A stretch of 35,939 nucleotides of DNA from a virus (taxonomy: Duplodnaviria; Caudoviricetes), in IMG/VR virus record IMGVR_UViG_3300020044_006332, positions 1-35,939 of that record; one strand, 5' to 3'. Below are positions 33,949 through 35,939 of this stretch, piece after piece (the stretch's first letter is position 1; each line of letters begins with the position of its first letter). The translations under genes and the position numbers were made by a program. The notes beneath the pieces are model-generated. The model worked only from the letters and a program-made list of their open reading frames with translations. It was not told where the DNA came from and did no database searches.

Positions 33949-35777
33949 GGCTTCTGGGATACGACGCGGCCGATCTTGTAGAGTTGCCCACTGAGCAGCA
34001 GCGCATCGGCATCGGCGGCGGCGTCGTTGGCGTAAGTCGGAATCGTCGGGGCGATCCGCCCGCTCATGTAAATTGACAGAGTCACGGTTCCTTCCGTGCC
34101 GCTGGTAATATCCGCCCCGCTGCGGACAGTCATCAGCGGATTGTTGACGTTGTGGGAGGCGCTGCCGGATAGACTCAGGACGGCATTGGTCGTGCGGTTG
34201 CCAGCGTGGATCTCAACGCAGGCGGAGGGAGATCGCGGCGTTGTTGCTAGCCCATTGCCGAATCCGCTGGTCCCGTAGGAAAAAAACCATCCGCCGAAGC
34301 GGTTGGCAAAAACGCGCATTTCCGTCGAGTTGCCGGTGTGGATGCCGACTTCGCCATCGTCGCCGTTTTTCGAGATGCTGAAATAGTGACGCAGCAGGGT
34401 CGCGTTTCCGCCGGTGCCGGTGCGGCCCACCATGTCGTAACCCATGCTCTTACCAGCAGGGAGGGTGACACCTAAAGGCTGCGCTGAGTAACGAGGGAGG
34501 AATCCGGTGTTGTTTTCCGGTTTGTGAACCTTCCACGCCTCGGGGAGTGCAGCAGTCAGGATTCGCATGATGGCATCGCTTTCCAATGCCTGCCCACGCG
34601 GCGAGAGGTGGGTGTTGTCCCCGGCGATGATCGTGGCCGCCGTCATCACGGAATAAGGCGGCATGATCTTCCGCGAGTTGACCCAAAGCTGGCCTTGGGC
34701 GATGGCGAAGTCGCGCATCTCGCGGTCCATCGACAGCAGGTCGTTGCTGCTGTTATCCGGCGGCCCCTGTCCTGAGTATTGCGCGGCGGATGCGGGGTGA
34801 CGCCCGACCATGATCCAGTCCATCGGGCGCGCCGTCTGGATCATCTGATAGAGGTCGGTGGATGCCGTGCCAAGGACTCCTGTCCAGTTGGAGTCGTCGC
34901 CTTTGAGTGTGACGAAATCCGGCTCGATGTTTTGGAGTATCGTGTTCCAGATCGCTTGCGGGCATTGGTTGTTGTTGGAGATCGTGATGCCCCCAACGTC
35001 GAACTTGTAAACCGCGCAACCGCCGCGTGGGGTGCTGACATCCTCGCGGATGTCGGACAGCACGAAGCCAAGGATGCGGACGGTGCCGGAAATCCATTTT
35101 GCGCGTAGTCGTCGAAGTTCGGTAGCCGTGAAGTCGTAGCTGAAAATCCCGCAACCGATAGCCCCGCCCGTGGTGGTGGCGATCGGGCTGGCGGTGGTCG
35201 CGCCGGGAACCTCGACCCATCCGGCCTCGTTGGTGTTCGTCTCCAGCGCAAAGGTTCCGCCGCCGCTCTCGAGCTGGTAGAAACATTTGATGCGGTAGCA
35301 CTCGACGGCAGCGGCAGAAGTCCCGCCGCCATACTCGACCGAATGACCGGCACCACTCAGCCTCCAAAGAGTCCCGCCAATCGGCGTGCGCGTCCATTGG
35401 GCGGTATCCGTGACAGCGCCGCCCGAGATGGTGTTCGTGATGCCAAATCCCACCTCCCGGACTGGCGCAACCTGCGTCTTAAGTTGATCCGTAAGGTTGA
35501 CGCCGTAGCTGTCGCCCATGACGAGTTGCTTGAGTCGGAAAGGGCGAACCGATCCAGCAGCGGCTTCTTGTCCGATGCGGGCTTTCGTGCGCGGGAGAAC
35601 CGGGCCGTCCCAGACGGTCGAGCCGCTGCCGCTGCCAAGTGCGACCAATGCGGCAGGCTCCTGCGCGTAGTCCATCGCTTGGAGTGCCGTCAGCGTGCTC
35701 GCTGCGGTCACAGTGGCGTCGCTGCCTGCTGGACCTCGTGGCAAAGTATTGATCAACGCTGTGATTTCGACGGACAT
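33945..35777 (-). CDS. SGNH/GDSL hydrolase-domain tail spike-like protein (610 aa)
   Basis: Start reassigned to MSVEITALIN; blocks LVMGDSYG, DVGG, LKGDD and GDNTHLSPRG; PRGPAG linker; C-terminal PTYANDAAA...GQLY motif. Confidence 0.75.
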   Translation of the reverse strand: MSVEITALINTLPRGPAGSDATVTAASTLTALQAMDYAQEPAALVALGSGSGSTVWDGPVLPRTKARIGQEAAAGSVRPFRLKQLVMGDSYGVNLTDQLKTQVAPVREVGFGITNTISGGAVTDTAQWTRTPIGGTLWRLSGAGHSVEYGGGTSAAAVECYRIKCFYQLESGGGTFALETNTNEAGWVEVPGATTASPIATTTGGAIGCGIFSYDFTATELRRLRAKWISGTVRILGFVLSDIREDVSTPRGGCAVYKFDVGGITISNNNQCPQAIWNTILQNIEPDFVTLKGDDSNWTGVLGTASTDLYQMIQTARPMDWIMVGRHPASAAQYSGQGPPDNSSNDLLSMDREMRDFAIAQGQLWVNSRKIMPPYSVMTAATIIAGDNTHLSPRGQALESDAIMRILTAALPEAWKVHKPENNTGFLPRYSAQPLGVTLPAGKSMGYDMVGRTGTGGNATLLRHYFSISKNGDDGEVGIHTGNSTEMRVFANRFGGWFFSYGTSGFGNGLATTPRSPSACVEIHAGNRTTNAVLSLSGSASHNVNNPLMTVRSGADITSGTEGTVTLSIYMSGRIAPTIPTYANDAAADADALLLSGQLYKIGRVVSQKP

Positions 35778-35778
35778 A

Positions 35779-35939
35779 TTAGGCGGGTTCGGTGATTGAC
35801 TCAGGCTCAGGCTCAGGCTCCGGTGCGGGTGGCCGTGGAATCTGCACCACCGCAAACACGCCATCCGCAAACGTCAGCTCGCGCCATTGCTCGGCCAGTT
35901 TCTCGGACAGCGGCCGGACATCCACGGCAGACGCGGGCC
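35779..35939 (-). CDS. 3' part of a diverged homologue of 136-567 (not in the ORF track)
   Basis: Manual translation ..PASAVDVRPLSEKLAEQWRELTFADGVFAVVQIPRPPAPEPEPEPESITEPA*; 35852-35939 matches 206-293 at 73/88 nt. Confidence 0.9.
   Translation of the reverse strand, partial: PASAVDVRPLSEKLAEQWRELTFADGVFAVVQIPRPPAPEPEPEPESITEPA

Noticed and set aside
35799-35820. CTCAGG hexamer repeat
   Set aside because: It simply encodes the PEPEPE tail of the partial gene at 35779-35939.
33810-35939. Simple direct terminal repeat or assembler circular overlap
   Set aside because: The repeat is internal, ends after 139 bp, and is followed by 2 kb of different sequence.

Overview
This window is an essentially complete, GC-rich tailed-phage genome. 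The unit length is about 33.8 kb, because bases 1-139 recur at 33810-33948. A further ~2 kb at the right end is a diverged, alternative version of the region upstream of the endolysin. Almost all genes are on the minus strand. Read in transcription order, the early and replication genes are a RecE-like exonuclease, RecT, small HTH proteins, DUF6884, an SF2 helicase, VRR-NUC, a TOPRIM primase-helicase and an SSB-like protein. A ~0.9 kb repeat-bearing, largely non-coding gap follows. The late genes are MuF with a zincin C-terminus, terS, terL, a DUF935 (Mu gp29-like) portal, a gpG-like protein, a Mu gpI-like protease/scaffold, the major capsid protein, a cement protein, neck and tail genes, a glycosyltransferase-like gene, a tail fibre, an M15 endolysin and a holin-like gene. 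No integrase or transposase was recognised. The most notable points are: (1) an antisense cassette between terL and the portal encoding a C5 cytosine methyltransferase whose missing motif IX lies in a nested +1-frame ORF (M.EcoHK31I-like alpha/beta design); (2) two alternative tail-end cassettes, with and without a 610-aa SGNH esterase gene; (3) a MuF-metallopeptidase with a candidate immunity gene; (4) a portal carrying an extra C-terminal domain, with its normal C-terminal helices apparently split off; (5) two repeated promoter/operator motif families; (6) a GT-A-like gene inside the tail module. All family calls come from motif recognition by eye, with no database searches run. A Verrucomicrobia/PVC-type host is only an inference.
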